From positions 1 through 51,131 of the forward strand of contig JBDRRF010000029.1 of assembly GCA_043825875.1 (NCBI GenBank): DNA of 51,131 nucleotides, given 5' to 3'. The translations under genes and the position numbers were made by a program. The notes beneath the pieces were generated by a model that was not told the DNA's origin, searched no databases, and saw only the letters and a list, made by a program, of their open reading frames with translations. This document shows positions 50,992-51,131 of this stretch, piece by piece; the stretch's first letter is position 1, and each line of letters begins with the position of its first letter. Source of the stretch: Pseudomonadota bacterium (GTDB lineage Bacteria > Desulfobacterota > Desulfobacteria > Desulfobacterales > RPRI01).

Positions 50992-51131
50992 GAGCCAGTT
51001 TCAAAACGCCCCATTTTGGCCGATCTCTGCGTTGGGCTCAAATTTCAATCCTCGAAATACTAAATGTATTCCTGTGGTTGAAATTTTCTCCCGCCTTGAG
51101 CTTGACCAAACTGAAACGTTTTGAAAGTGGC
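50992..51131. mobile_element. MITE-like non-autonomous inverted-repeat element running to the window end
   Basis: Terminal inverted repeat GCCAGTTTCAAAACG (50994-51008) / CGTTTTGAAAGTGGC (51117-51131), 14/15 match. Nested inner inverted repeats (AAATTTCAA/TTGAAATTT, AATAC/GTATT). No ORF; more GC-rich than the flank. Confidence 0.7.

Overview
AT-rich bacterial chromosomal segment. Gene content and order suggest Desulfobacterota (sulfate-reducer-like deltaproteobacteria); this is inference, not a database result. Left to right: (1) core block rpsA-sppA / t44 leader-rpsB-tsf-pyrH-frr-uppS-cdsA-dxr-rseP-purL-purQ; (2) type IVa pilus tip cluster (fimU-pilW-pilV-pilX-pilY1-pilY2-like, a pilin-like membrane protein, a PilA-like pilin, and a convergent TsaP-like LysM gene); (3) groES-groEL, an FmdB zinc ribbon, an HExxH hypothetical, and a 32-aa bS22-type ribosomal protein missed by the ORF track; (4) an iscU-iscS-hflK-hflC operon whose IscS lacks the PLP Schiff-base lysine and whose IscU carries an extra zinc-ribbon tail; (5) a divergent L-Ara4N (arn) locus with three ArnT-family transferases, its own OmpR-type two-component system and candidate binding box, no arnE/arnF, and a BT1-family MFS transporter after arnD; (6) a multi-PAS hybrid kinase and a MITE-like inverted-repeat element at the right edge. 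No CRISPR array, rRNA, tRNA, integrase or transposase was seen. The best candidates for something new are the lysine-less IscS/zinc-ribbon IscU/HflKC operon, the expanded arn locus with the BT1 transporter, and the CUB-like insertion in PilY1.
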